A DNA stretch of 64,000 bases, taken from Octopus sinensis (Eukaryota). Location: assembly GCF_006345805.1 (NCBI RefSeq), contig NC_043006.1, positions 11,718,001 to 11,782,000 on the forward strand, written 5' to 3'. Shown piece by piece: positions 50,868 through 64,000 of this stretch (positions are counted from its first letter, which is position 1; each line of letters opens with the position of its first letter). Both the position numbers and the translations under genes were made by a program. A model generated the notes under the pieces. The model was not told the DNA's origin. It saw only the letters and a program-made list of their open reading frames with translations, and searched no databases.

Positions 50868-51340
50868 ATATGTAGAAAAATACAAACTGGGACAAGAACG
50901 TAAAACATTTAGAAGACGATACAAAAAACATAGACGGGACTTTCGAAGCCTTCAATCTTCAGTCAAGAACCGGATCATCATAGCAATTTCGGCTGATTAA
51001 TATTGAGATCGATCCGATCCGGCCAGCCCCAAGGAAAAACTAAGCTACGAGCATTAGATTTCTTGGAAGAAGGATCGAATGTATACGAAACAGGGACAGA
51101 AAAACGGACGATGCCACATGAATATAAAATACAAAAAACAATAATGAAATACAAAAAAAAAATATTGGTAAAAACAGGACGAAAACAGCGGGTGTCTTAC
51201 GACTAATAAACAGTACAACAAGTTTAGCTGGCGTATTTGGAAAAAATGCCTTGCCTTTTCGGCAGACAAAGACAGCGATGTTCTCACGGCAATGGTCGGA
51301 GGCCAAAAGGCTGATTTGACCAGCAGTCACGTGATGGAAA
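50868..51340. mobile_element. Unclassified interspersed repeat sharing a terminus with the 17715-17955 fold-back
   Basis: Shared ~130 nt aatacaaactgggacaagaacg...tttcggctgattaat. Confidence 0.6.
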
Positions 51341-51376
51341 AGAGAGAAAAGAAAGGGGGCAAGGGAAACATATATA

Positions 51377-51407
<31 letters not shown>

Positions 51408-51533
51408 TCATATTAATAATTATTTATGCGTATATATATATTTATATATATATACATATCTATACACATATGTACACACGCATATATGCATATGATAGGA
51501 AAAACATATGTGTATAACTTGCAATGTTGGCAA

Positions 51534-51567
<34 letters not shown>

Positions 51568-52772
51568 GTATACATACAAACACACATACAGTAACATATA
51601 ATTTAATTTACATGGACTTTAATATGTTAATTTTCATATGTGGATGTATATGGGTGTATACATATGTATATATGTATATTAATGTCTATATATACGTACA
51701 TACATACATGCGTACATACGCACATATATATTCATACACACACATATACATATACACACAAACATACCTTCATATAGATATATTATAGATTATATATATA
51801 TTTTTATATATAAATTATACATATTATGCACATACATGCATGTATATATGTATACATTCAATTATGCATTTACTTATGTATGTACGAATGTATATCTGTG
51901 TATGTTGTATCTATCTATCTATCTATCTAATCACGTATTAATATATTCATTTGTGTGTCTGTATGAAGAAGTATGAGTGTGTGTGCGTGTATATACATAC
52001 ACACTTACATACACACGTAGATATACACATATACACACATACATACATACACACACACACACATACATACATACATACATACATACATACATACATACAT
52101 ACATACATACATACATACATACATACAGGCATACGCACGCACTATTGCGACAAAACCCAAACTGCAATAATGGAATATCTTACAAATGAAAAGAAAAATA
52201 TGTTTGATGTTTTCAAATAAAATTGAAAGTGTCGTTTGAAAATTAGACTTTCTTGATATAATTTGATTAATGCGATCACTAATGTTTTATGTTTGAAATT
52301 TCAACAAATGTTATATATTTATAAAAAAATACCTTTCCATTCAATTTGATTAATTTTTAGTTGTTAAACCAAGAATTAATCTGTACAGATCTGTGTGCTA
52401 TTCTTCTTATTAAGGTTTATCCATCTTCTTTAAATTACATTTATGTTACCGCTGCTTTTTTTCTTACTCCCGGACCAGTTCTGTTGGAGAAAACTTACGA
52501 GAGCATTCGTTGCAAAGATGTTCATCTCTCGTTAAGAATTTTCGAAACTTAGTATCGAGAGCTCCTCTTCGTCATATAAAGCAATGTAGGGAGAGTTGAT
52601 TGCCTTTCGTAACAGGTCGAGGAACAGTCACGCTTCACGTTGCCTTTTCAATGACATTTTTGAAGTTATAACGTCCTCGTCTAAGTAAATATCTGTTCCT
52701 TTGGGAGAAACCGCTTTTCGCTTCGTGATGTACGTCATAGGTTCAGGACAATTCATTCAGACATTTTTTTTT

Positions 52773-53154
52773 TGGAAGCACTCCGTCGGTTACGACGATG
52801 AGGGTTCCGGTTGATCCGACCAACGGAACAGCCTGCTCGTGAAATTAACGTGTAAGTGGCTGAGCACTCCACAGACACGTGTACCCTTAACGTAGTTCTC
52901 GGGGATATTCAGCGTGACACAGAGAGTGACAAGGCCGGCCCTTTGAAATACAGGTACAACAGAAACAGGAAGTAAGAGTGAGAGAAAGTTGTGGTGAAAG
53001 AGTACAACAGGGATCACCACCATTCCCTGCCGGAGCCTCGTGGAGCTTTAGGTGTTTTCGCTCAATAAACACTCACAACGCCCGGTCTGGGGATCGAAAC
53101 CACGATCCTACGACCGCGAGTCCGCTGCCCTAACCATTGGGCCATTGCGCCTCC
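52773..53154 (-). mobile_element. SINE family C (full length)
   Basis: Near-identical to 9690-10058. Confidence 0.9.
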
Positions 53155-55178
53155 ATTCAGACATACATGTGTATGGATATACACATAGATACATAGATAC
53201 ATATACACACACACATACACATATATTAAACAACGTGACACAAGCAGCATAGAATAAAATATATTTTATGCTCTGTGACATTTAACACGTCCATGTATAT
53301 TTGAACGTTGGGAGAACTTTCGCTGCGAAATAGTTTGGGAAGAAAATTCTCCTCATAGATAATACGTGTAAAACCACTATTTCCACAGCGAAAGATCTCG
53401 GCGCATTCAAGTGAATATGAACATATTACACGCTCATCTATCTATCTAAGCTTAAAAATGTGAAGTAGAAGCGAGAAGAAATGATTTAGGTACGGTATTT
53501 CGGAAGAAGCCCTACGTTGTTCGCTCGACGCGTTAGAAATGGCTACAAATCTTTTTCGAATCATGCAACTACTTCTTTAGAGAGAGGAAGTAATCATTAA
53601 ATTATAAACGAAGATGCTCCTAATATGATCTGCGGTTAAATAAGAATAACTGGTTAAAGGTGAATAACGACTGAATGCTAGAGATGGAAAAAGGTTCCTA
53701 AAAGTGGTTTTGCATAACAGAGAATAGAATGTACCAAATATAAGAAAATCCAGATTTGCGGTAGGTCTGATATGTACAATTAACAATTATCAAAGTACGA
53801 GAATATTATCCGTCATACGACAGGCAATGTGGTGATTATATTTTGTTCCACTTTGAATAATATAAGGTATTGTTACATTAGTAAAATGATAATTATTTTA
53901 TTTTATTCAAATTTCATAATGAATAGCTACTAATGATATGAAAACTAATTTTCAAAATGAAAATATTTATTATAGCAAGGAAAAATTAACACACAAATTT
54001 CTTATTTGCATATTTGCAGTAAATATATTATGAATGACAATAATACTGTTTTAGTATCATTGCCTAATACTACCAGCAGAGGCAAAAGTATATTGTTAAC
54101 ATTCCCGTTCGTTTTACAATTAAGATTGCATTTATTGTGCCGGAGTCAAGAGGGATTCATGAAATAAAACCAGCGTTATCTCCCGTTAGGGGAAGGCTCA
54201 ACAAAAATAGATGGGGCACGCAACGTCAATTAAATAAAAGAATTTCTGAGACAGAGCAATTACTTTGTATAATGTAAATAGATACGTTTTGGAGTAAATT
54301 AAGATATATTTTCACATCTCTTAGATCTGATCTGGTTGCTTAACTGCAAGTGGTCCCTGATCGAGTTTGTCATTAGAAAAAAGGTTTCTTGTTCTATTCC
54401 GAGTCTTTTGTATACATAAGATTACACTGCAGAATGCATGCTGTCCTTGTTAAAGTGGAAAAGATATAGCTTGAGGTAAATTTGTTTTCAATTTATGGTA
54501 ACTCCAGTGACCCGAATAACTGTTCCTTCTTCATTAAATCTTAGGCTATTTCTGTCAAGATTGCTCAGTGAGTAGAGCTTCACACTTTTGGTGGATTGTT
54601 ACTGCAAATAATGTGCGAGTCACTGTTCAAGTTACTCTAATGTTTAGGATTAAAATAAAACAATTCAGACTGGAAGATTTGAAGACATTTGAAATAACTG
54701 TTCGTAGAGTTACGCCAATCAAGTTTTGCCTCACAAATTATCTGCTCATAAAAATATGTTGTGGTACAAATCTTATTAAGAAATGTAATTATCTCTTGGA
54801 ATACTTTGGGGCAGTACTGGTGCGTTTGGTTATTATTTCTAGTAGAACAAATGACCACTTACCTATCAAACACAGAGCAAACACGTTTCTAAATATGTAT
54901 TTATTCAAAATGAGAATATACCCACATTATAGTGTCACTTCCCAATTATTCTTTCAAAGTAGCCGTAATTGAATTACTTACCTATCTACTTCCTATCTAC
55001 ACGCACATACACCCCCAGCCCCCACACAAGCATACATACACATACACACACATATGTAAATATGTACATGGTGATGCAAACAGGAAAAATAGAACTCAAA
55101 ATATGAGTATATAATTATATGCATATTTCTTAAATATTAGCAAAAGGAACAGAGTAACGCAAGTTCCGAGAGTTTCTA

Positions 55179-55189
<11 letters not shown>

Positions 55190-55226
<37 letters not shown>

Positions 55227-55291
55227 TATACATATATATATATTATATATATATATATACATATACTAGATATATATATTATATAATATAT

Positions 55292-55322
<31 letters not shown>

Positions 55323-55385
55323 CTATATATATACATATATATATATATATATACATGTATATATATATATATATTATATCTAGAT

Positions 55386-55417
<32 letters not shown>

Positions 55418-55448
55418 ATATATTATATATATATATATTATATATACA

Positions 55449-55488
<40 letters not shown>

Positions 55489-55558
55489 ATATATATAATA
55501 TATATATATAATACATGTATATATATATTATATATATATATATATATATACATGTATA

Positions 55559-55594
<36 letters not shown>

Positions 55595-55635
55595 GTATAT
55601 ATATATATATATAGCTATTATAGATATATATAATT

Positions 55636-55670
<35 letters not shown>
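55190..55670. repeat. (TA)n microsatellite with catgta interruptions
   Basis: Direct reading. Confidence 0.95.
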
Positions 55671-55673
<3 letters not shown>

Positions 55674-56188
55674 CGTCACTGCAGTGACTGAGGGTATTAT
55701 TGCAAGAAATAAGAGTTAAAGCAACGCCTAGACACAAGAGACCTCTTATCTTGATGACTGACATGGGATGCAAGCTCTCTCAGCGTTTAGAAATAGCCAG
55801 ATCACAGTAATTTCACATTTATATTAATGCTCTTCAGTGCCTTTGGTTAAACTCAGCTCGCCTTGTCAGTTTATAAAATTATCCCAGAAATGATACGCTG
55901 ATTTTCTAAACGGTAAATCTGAAAATTATAAATAATTTTACAACCGAAAGGCAGAAATATATACGTCACTAAAGTTACTAAGGCCACTAGACAGCAACAG
56001 TGTTGCTAGAAATAAGAGTTAAAACAACTCATAACCACAAGAGGCACACATATCTTAATGACTGACAAGGGAGGCAAACAAACCCCCCTTATGATATATA
56101 TATGTATATATATATAAAAAATAAAAACAAAACGAAGAACAAACAAAAAAAAAACAACAACGCATGGACGGGGAGGAAAGAAAGGTGG

Positions 56189-56222
56189 CTTTAAGTTTCG
56201 AGCAAAGCTCTTCTTCAGAAAC
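56189..56222 (-). ncRNA. Minimal type I hammerhead-like motif
   Basis: gttt-CTGAAGA-a-GAGC/ttt/GCTC-GAAA-CT-TA-aagc. Canonical core; helix III ACTT has one mismatch relative to palindromic ACGT. Confidence 0.5.
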
Positions 56223-56329
56223 AGGAGACAGAGGAAAGTCCAATAGAAAAGGAAGACGGAGGGCAAAAAATTGTGAACGATTCACATGTGGCTTCATTTT
56301 GAAAGATATATATATATATTCTTTTATTC

Positions 56330-56545
56330 ATTTAATTGTTTCAGTCATTTGACTGCGGCCATGGTAGAACACCGCCTTTAGTCGAACAAATCAACCCCAA
56401 GATTTATTCTTTGTAAACCTAATACTCATTCTATCTGCTAGTTTTGACGAGTCGCTAATTTAAGGAGACGTAAACACAACAAGGTCGGTGTTGTTAAGCG
56501 ATGATGGCGGGACAAACGCACACACACACACACACACGCACATAC
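56330..56545 (-). mobile_element. SINE family A, 3' half
   Basis: Tail and body fragment. Confidence 0.75.
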
Positions 56546-56924
56546 ACACATACGAAAGTGAAATTTCGTTTTCAACTGTACAACACTAGTAAGGCCTGAA
56601 TCCTTTCGTGAACATGCGATTATAATTAAGTAAGGGTAGATATTCACGGTGTTTTGAAAGAAATATTATTATTTTTAATTTTTTTTATTTTGCAGTTGCA
56701 GTTGAGGAATAATTCTATAAATTTGATAAATTTGATCCTGCAGTTATTGGCATTATTGTAAAGGTTTCCTGACAATACGGTTTTTAAAATTAACAAAAAT
56801 ACTACAAGTAAAATGATCACAAAGACACTATTTATTAAATTTTGGTTTAGATTCAACATAAATTGAATTTTATTAAAAAAATAAGGTAATTTTCAAAAAT
56901 ATCAAGAATTACGTAAGAATTCCA

Positions 56925-56942
56925 TTTATTCTATCTATCTAA

Positions 56943-56987
<45 letters not shown>

Positions 56988-56998
56988 AATCTATCTAT

Positions 56999-57048
<50 letters not shown>

Positions 57049-57114
57049 CTTTATCTATCTACCTACATACCTACCTACCTACCTACCTACCTACCTACCT
57101 ACCTACCTACCTAC

Positions 57115-57170
<56 letters not shown>

Positions 57171-57205
57171 CTATGTATCTATTTATCTATCTATCTATCT
57201 AGCAA
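56925..57205. repeat. (TCTA)n/(CCTA)n tetranucleotide repeat
   Basis: Direct reading. Confidence 0.95.
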
Positions 57206-57914
57206 ACCCTCTGTCTGTCTCTGTCTCTCTATACATACATAAACCAATATCTATATACACACATACACACGCACACACACACACACACACACATTTATGT
57301 ATGCATGGGTGTATATTTGTGTGTGTGTGTGTGTGTGTCTGTGCTTATACATGTGTAAATTTTATCAGTATATGAAAAGCTGAAACTATGTTTGTAAACT
57401 GAGAAAGCATACTGCGGCTATTGTCATGCTGTTTCGCAATTATCGCTGGAGAATCTTGTTAATTTCGAATGGTGTTCAAGAAAAAAAAACCCTTTAGCTC
57501 AGAACATCTTAAGAAAAAGAAACTAGTTTTTGGTTACTGAGGAATGGAGAAGGAAGAAACAAGATTCCTTTACTTCATATATTTCTTAGAGGGATATCAA
57601 AAGAATCAGATTAATATTATGTACAGTAGGTTTTCAAACAATGAGACGTTTTCGATGCATATCATTTAATATATCGAATAGAATTTTTTTTTATTCTGTT
57701 GTGCTCAGTCAAATCTGATATATTTATAATTACATTGGACAATATCCAAATGCATCGGAGACAAAACTAATCGATTTTTAAGAATTTGGGGTTGTTGATT
57801 ACAAAAACATACTTATTTTTCAAGTTTATCTAAAGTTTTGACCTTAAAGGATTATAGAAATTTTTTAGTTTTTTTTCATCAAAGATACGCCTAAATGATT
57901 CTTCAGTAACGTGA

Positions 57915-58080
57915 GGCGCAGACGTATTTGTGTGATTAAGAAGCTAGCCCCGCTAACCGCATGGTTTCGAGTTCAGTCCCTGGATCGATTCATTCGTAAA
58001 AAAAAAGAAGAGAAAAAAATCATCGAGCGATGTCTTAGTATGGTCAAGATCTAATGACTGAAACAAGTAGAAAATAAAAG
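57915..58080 (+). mobile_element. SINE family A, internally deleted
   Basis: Head ggcgcagacg..ggtttcgagttcagtccc joined to tail aatgactgaaacaag. Confidence 0.6.
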
Positions 58081-58202
58081 ATAATATACATACATAAATT
58101 CATAGATACATCATACATGCACACACACATGCACACACACATACATACATACATACATACATACATACACACACACACAAACACATATATACACACACAG
58201 TA

Positions 58203-59920
58203 CAGTGCAAAAGTCTTCGGCCACTTTAAACTATTGTGAATTTTTACTAATTGTCAACTTATAAGTAGATGTTTTGCAATGCGTTTTTTACAAATAAAAC
58301 GTTGGTCCCGTTGGAGTCATTTCCATACTTAATCATTATATTTTGTGGTAGGGGCTCTGAATAAGAGGGAGAGATGCGAGACGATGATCAAAATTGACCT
58401 AGCAAAAGTTTTCGGCTACCTCATGTAAACGAATCAAGTAATAGAGTTTCAAAACAGAAAGATGCCTTTAATGAACATTTATTACATAATGCTTGTTTCA
58501 AGAAGTTACTGTACATTGTTAATATTACGTGTGGCTTCCCTTAACTTGAATAATTGCTTCAATGCGCTGGGATGAGATGCATAAACATTCTTCACCATCT
58601 TTACAGTATGAGATCCATTCTCTGTGGCTAAGCACCCACAATTCTTCAAGATTGCGTGGATACTTCTGACGAACTCTTCTCTTTAGTTCTGTCCACATTT
58701 GCTTGATGATATTGGGTCATCCCATAAACAATGCGGTTTTTTATACTTCTTTTATTTTTCAAAATTAAGATAAATAAAGTTCTTTTTTAATCTAAAATAT
58801 ACTCTCCGTCTTTTCTACAATGCGCTTCCATCTATCTGGTAGACTTTCAAGGACCTCTCTTTCAAAATTTACTTGTCCGTGACGTAAAACACTCCTCTGG
58901 TACACTTCTGACCTCGTCTACAGAATTCATATTTTTTCCCTCCAAATGATTTTGAAGACTGCGGAATAAATGACAATCAGATGGGGCAATGTCCGGCGAA
59001 TATGGTGGGTAGGGCATCGTTTCCCATTCAAACTGCTCCAGCCTTTGGAATGTTATCCCCACTGTATGTGGCTGAGCATTATCCTGATGGAATAACACCT
59101 TTCGTCTTGAAACCAAAGATGGTCGTTTTACTTATAGCGCTGACTTGAATGATTGATTGAATGACCACATACAAGCTTCTCTGCTAGTTCCTCAACAGTT
59201 ACAATGGGATTTTGTTTCTCCAGGTTTTTCTGGACGTCCTCATCGAGCTCTACATATCTTCCCGGACGAGGTTCGTCTTCTGGGCTGTAGTTGTCGGCTC
59301 GGAAATTCTGGAACTACCACTGACACTAGCTTACGCTTATTGTCCGATCCCCACATACTGCATTTCCGTTGCGTTGTTGCTTCTTATTGAACTCATAAAG
59401 CAAAATATGCCGAATATGCTCCTTTGTCACTTCCATTATAGCTTTGAAAAAATAACTGTTAAAATCGAACTGCACTTTTCAAATCTTGCACTAAGAATAA
59501 CTTCAAGATAAAATTACTACCTGCTTTTATAGGAAATTGATGCAGGTAGAGTATCCCTTCCCCTCCGACTTTTAATTCATGCAATTGAAAAAATCGTATT
59601 AATTTTGGGGTGACTCAATATTTAAGTCAGGGCTCTGAGCTCTGAGCTGACCAATCTTTCAATACGGTAACACCTTTTTCAGCCAGACCTTCTTGTGTTA
59701 CACTTCTCTGTGGCATGGAGTTACGACATGCTGAAAAAATCTCACCTTCATCGAAATTTGGTATCAAATTATCCCTCAGCGACTGGATACATTTGGCACT
59801 ATTCAAGTTACGGTCAATTTTAATTAACTTCCTTCAAAAATCACTTTTTACGTACCAAAGTATCATGCTCTTACCCCCAAACTTCACTGTTTCCATCGTG
59901 TAAAGTGGGTGGTTTCGTTT
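58203..59920 (-). mobile_element. Tc1-like element, 3' half, interrupted by a mariner
   Basis: TA|CAGTGCAAAAG terminus; minus DDE-region remnants complementary to 59960-60732. Confidence 0.8.
58712..59618 (-). mobile_element. Internally deleted mariner inserted at TA inside the Tc1 half
   Basis: TIRs ttgggtcatccc / ggggtgactcaa with TA duplication (58710-11, 59619-20). MEVTKEHIRHILLYEFNK N-terminus; LFHQDNAQPH and PYPPYSPDIAPSDCHLF motifs. Confidence 0.92.
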
Positions 59921-59959
59921 TCTAATAAACGAAAATTTGCCAGAAGTCCTCTAGGAAAG

Positions 59960-60732
59960 CGAAACGATCAATGATACACGACAAGAACAGCGAAGTTTAG
60001 GGGTAAGAATCTGATCTGATGCTTTCAGGATACATAAAAAGTGATGGTTCAAGAAAGTTGGTTAAAATTGGCAGTAATTTGAATAGTGCTAAATACATCC
60101 AGTCGAAAAAGACAATTTGATCCAAGACTTGGATGGAGGTGAAATTTTTCAGAATGACGGAGCTCCATGCCATAGATCAACAGAGTTTGGCTGATGAAGG
60201 TGTTACCGTATTGAAAGATTGGCTAGCACAGAGCCCTGATTTAAATAACATCGAGCAAATGTGGACAAAACTAAAGAGAAGAGTATGTCAGAAGAATCCA
60301 CACAATCTTGAAGAGTTGATGGAGTTCGTTCACAGAGCATGGTAATTCACAATTCTGAAGATGGTGAAGGATTTGTACGCATCTATTCCCAGACGCATTG
60401 AAGCAATTATTCAAGGTAAGGGAAACCACACAGGAACTATTAACAGTGTACAGTAACTTCTTGAAACGAACATTATGTAATAAATTTACATTATTGACAG
60501 TTTTCTGTTTTGAAAGACTATAACTTGATTGGTTTATGTGAATTAGCCGAAAACTTTCACTTGGCCCTTTTTGGTGGTAGTCTCGCATCTTCCCTTCTAA
60601 TTCTGAATCCCTACCAGAAAATATAATGATTAGGTATGACAATGACTCCAAAAGGGCCAACATTTCATCCACTTATAAGTTGGCAATTAGTAGAAATTTA
60701 CAATAGAGGGCGAAAACTTTTGCAAGGTATTG
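59960..60732 (+). mobile_element. Tc1-like element, 3' half
   Basis: FQNDGAPCH, DWLAQSPDLNNIEQMWTKLKRRV, YASIPRRIEAII; terminus ttttgcaaggtattg|TA. Confidence 0.85.
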
Positions 60733-60755
60733 TATATCTATATATCTATGTATAT

Positions 60756-60805
<50 letters not shown>

Positions 60806-61052
60806 TATTATTAAACATACATACATATGTACACACATAAATATATGCATGTATATACATACATAAATATATACATGCATATATATACATAAATATATAC
60901 ATATATATACATACATAAATAATATACATATGTATACATATATATATATATACATACATAAATATATATACATATGTATACATATATATATATATACATA
61001 CATAAATATATATACATATGTATACATATATATAAATATATATATATTTTTG

Positions 61053-61370
61053 GGAAGCACTCCGTCGGTTACGTCGACGAGGGTTCCGGTTGATCCGAAT
61101 CAACGGAACAGCTTGCTCGTGAAATTGACGTGTAAGTGGCTGAGCACTCCACAGACACGTGTACCCTTAACGTAGTTCTCGGGGATATTCAGCGTGACAC
61201 AGAGAGTGACAAGGCCGGCCCTTTGAAATACAGGTACAACAGAAACAGGAAGTAAGAGTGGAGAGAAGTTGTGGTGAAAGAGTACAGCAGGGATCACCAC
61301 CATCCCCTGCCAGAGCCTCGTGGAGCTTTAGGGTTTTCGCTCAATAAACACTCACAACACCGGTCTGGGA

Positions 61371-61371
<1 letters not shown>
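61053..61371 (-). mobile_element. SINE family C (5' truncated)
   Basis: Family C body and tail. Confidence 0.88.
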
Positions 61372-61402
<31 letters not shown>

Positions 61403-61403
<1 letters not shown>

Positions 61404-61775
61404 GCGCAATGGCCCAGTGGTTAGGGCAGCGGACTCGCACTCGTAGGATCGCGGTTTTCGATTCCCATACCGTGCGTTGTGAGTGTTTATAGAGCAAAAA
61501 CACCTGAAAGTTCTTTGGGGCTCCGGCGGGGTGTGGTGGCGAACCCTGCTGTACTCTTTCATCACAACTTTCACAATTTTTTTCCTGTTTCTGTTGTAGC
61601 TGTATTTCAAAGGGCCAGCCTTGTCACAGTCAGTGTCACGCTCAATCTCCCCGAGAACTACGTTAAGGGTACGCGTGTCTGCGGGGTGCTCAGCCACTTG
61701 CACGTTAATTCCACGAGTAGGCTGTTCCGTTGACCGGATCAACTGGAACGCTCGTCGTCGTAACCGACGGAGTGT
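61403..61775 (+). mobile_element. SINE family C (full length)
   Basis: gcgcaatggcccagtggttagggc...cgtaaccgacggagtg. Confidence 0.88.
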
Positions 61776-62712
61776 CACGATATATATATATTGATTTGAT
61801 ATGTGTACGATTGCGTCTCCTCCTCTCGACATTACGTGATGTTTTAAATGTTATATGACGAGAGCCATCATTCTAATATTCTGCGAAAACACGTCTGGCC
61901 AAGATATTCCTGTCGTCAGGTGAGGGCTGAAGAAAATATGCCTCAGAAATCTCATTCGAAAATGCGGAGTTTAAACGGATGAAGCGGAACCTGAATGCTG
62001 TGACAGGCGATGAATAGCAAGAGCTATATAAAAAGTTACACATTATGCTTGAAGTTAGTCTGGATTAAGTAGCTCTGATTGCTATCAATGACACTCAAGC
62101 CGAGTTAAACTGTATTCTTTTTTTATATATATAAGATGATTAGGACTTGGTTTAGAATAAACCTAGCATCTATTTCTATGATCTCAAACGAAGTTATTCC
62201 GTTGGCTTGCCATCACGGATATGTCTTGACGCTGTTGATAGAACAGACTTATCATCAAAATGTATTCAATCCCTGATTATCTGTCACAATCTCCATAACT
62301 CATCATCTTTCTTAAGACAAATAAGGGTGATTTATATCAAGACAAGCGTTCACGTAGATATATCTACACTGGCTCATATACAACTAATAAGATTTACTAT
62401 AGATATTTTCCCACGAAATTCATTTTTATATGACTGCTGTTCGAAGTTTTCGTATATTCAAAATATCACTCTGCTTAACTTTTCCTTAGTATCATTTTAA
62501 ATCCATGTTTTAATCTATTTATTAGAAATATGTTCTACTGAAGGATGTGGAATTGTATGTAAAAGAAGGTCGATAATAATTCTTAGCTGAAAAACAAGAA
62601 TCAATAATATATTCCCAGATGATCAATTATGTATAATGTTGAACATTTTGTCTCGAGAATAAATTACGATTTTTTTCTGTGGCAACTTTATTTACAGAAA
62701 AGGTTTAAATGA

Positions 62713-62747
<35 letters not shown>

Positions 62748-62869
62748 GGTGTCTGTGTGTGTATGTGTGTTTCTGTCTGTGTATATATATCTAGATATAT
62801 GTATGTAAACATACATTTGTATTCTATACATATATATGCGTATATATATATATGTGTGTGTGTGTGTGT

Positions 62870-62913
<44 letters not shown>

Positions 62914-63446
62914 GTGTGTGTCTGTCTGTATATATATATATCTAGATATATGTATGTATACATCTATATATATATGCATATGTATATATATATATATATA
63001 TGAACACACACACACATACACACACACACATACATATCTGTATGTATGCATAAATATATATGTGGAATTGTCAGAGTTGTCAGCTAAAAGAATATTCAAG
63101 TTATAGTGTTTCCAAATACGACGCAGTCGTATCTATAGTTTGATTTAAATTTGGCTGCTAGGTGCGTAATAAGTATTGAAACAATCCAATAAAGCAAGGA
63201 TGCCGTTAAAGACATTCAATCACTACCATTCATACAGAAATGTTTCCTTGGAAACTAGCTATCCATCGAAGCCAAATCAATGATGGTTTTCATTTTGGAA
63301 GAAATGTCCTTCGCATACAACCGACATTATTGGATAAAACTGCCTTTCCTAGAATCACAAACTGCGTGTAAATATACTGTTACAAGGCTGAACTTGTTGA
63401 CGGAAACCCTATTATAATCTGTGTACACACAGACAAAACACAGAAT

Positions 63447-63506
<60 letters not shown>

Positions 63507-63529
63507 GTATATATATATATGTATGTTTG

Positions 63530-63565
<36 letters not shown>

Positions 63566-63894
63566 GACAAGTTATATATAAACGTACATCGTTACATACA
63601 TAGAGACATACTGGCAGATATTCATACACATACCATACGCAATTGTGTATTAGAATATCTCTTTTCTGCTTGTCTGTACACACATGCATGTAGACAAAAA
63701 CAGACTACACACAGAGATGCACACATATGCTGATATATATATATATATTAATGCACATACATATACATACATTGATTGTCACACTGGCATCTCTTCCGTT
63801 TCATGATCATTATATCCATCCATTCATATATGCTTAGAATCATACAGACATACATTCATGCATACATACGTGCATACATATATAAACACAAACA

Positions 63895-63935
<41 letters not shown>

Positions 63936-64000
63936 TATTTACACACATATATACATTTATATGTACATACGTACGTATGTTTATGTGAAATTGTATATAT

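Noticed and set aside
50925-50980. CTGAAGA-ttgaaggcttc-GAAA-GTC on the minus strand (also 17859-17890)
   Set aside because: Helix I does not pair and helix III is absent.
54568-54972. 134-aa + strand ORF and nearby minus-strand ATAG|gtaagt donors resembling the KCNH LIG junction
   Set aside because: No recognisable domain. The sequence upstream of the donor does not encode the GFGNV pore or EKIFSICVM motif.
3991-61775. tRNA genes
   Set aside because: All A/B-box sequences are SINE heads without a complete cloverleaf.
61920-61960. CTGAAGA...GAAA string
   Set aside because: No helix II pairing; chance match.
37052-64000. Upstream KCNH exons (S1-S6, GFG pore, TNGIDMN C-linker)
   Set aside because: Searched by eye on the minus strand and not found; presumed to lie beyond the window.

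Overview
AT-rich, microsatellite-dense animal genomic DNA, most likely a coleoid cephalopod (Octopus-like). That assignment is inferred from the SINE and microsatellite landscape, not proven. The only well-supported host gene is a minus-strand ERG-subfamily (KCNH2/6/7-like) voltage-gated K+ channel. Three internal exons are visible: 37051-36952 (end of C-linker), 21818-21666 and 21273-21080 (cyclic-nucleotide-binding homology domain). They splice in frame with canonical GT-AG sites. The upstream pore/C-linker exons were not found and appear to lie beyond 64000; C-terminal exons could not be identified with confidence. The rest is intronic or flanking DNA containing four tRNA-derived SINE families (called A-D here), non-autonomous Helitron-like elements, a decayed MULE, mariner/Tc1 relics, 3' ends of (AAT)n-flanked non-LTR retroelements and many fold-back palindromes. 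The most interesting observations are: (i) several minimal type I hammerhead-ribozyme motifs of the kind known from Penelope-like elements, some with variant cores and some on the channel's sense strand; (ii) a spacer-less 1.46-kb palindrome; (iii) a head-to-head Tc1 fold-back with a nested mariner; (iv) a channel splice acceptor that abuts a microsatellite directly. Nearly all ORFs in the supplied track are microsatellite or SINE artefacts.
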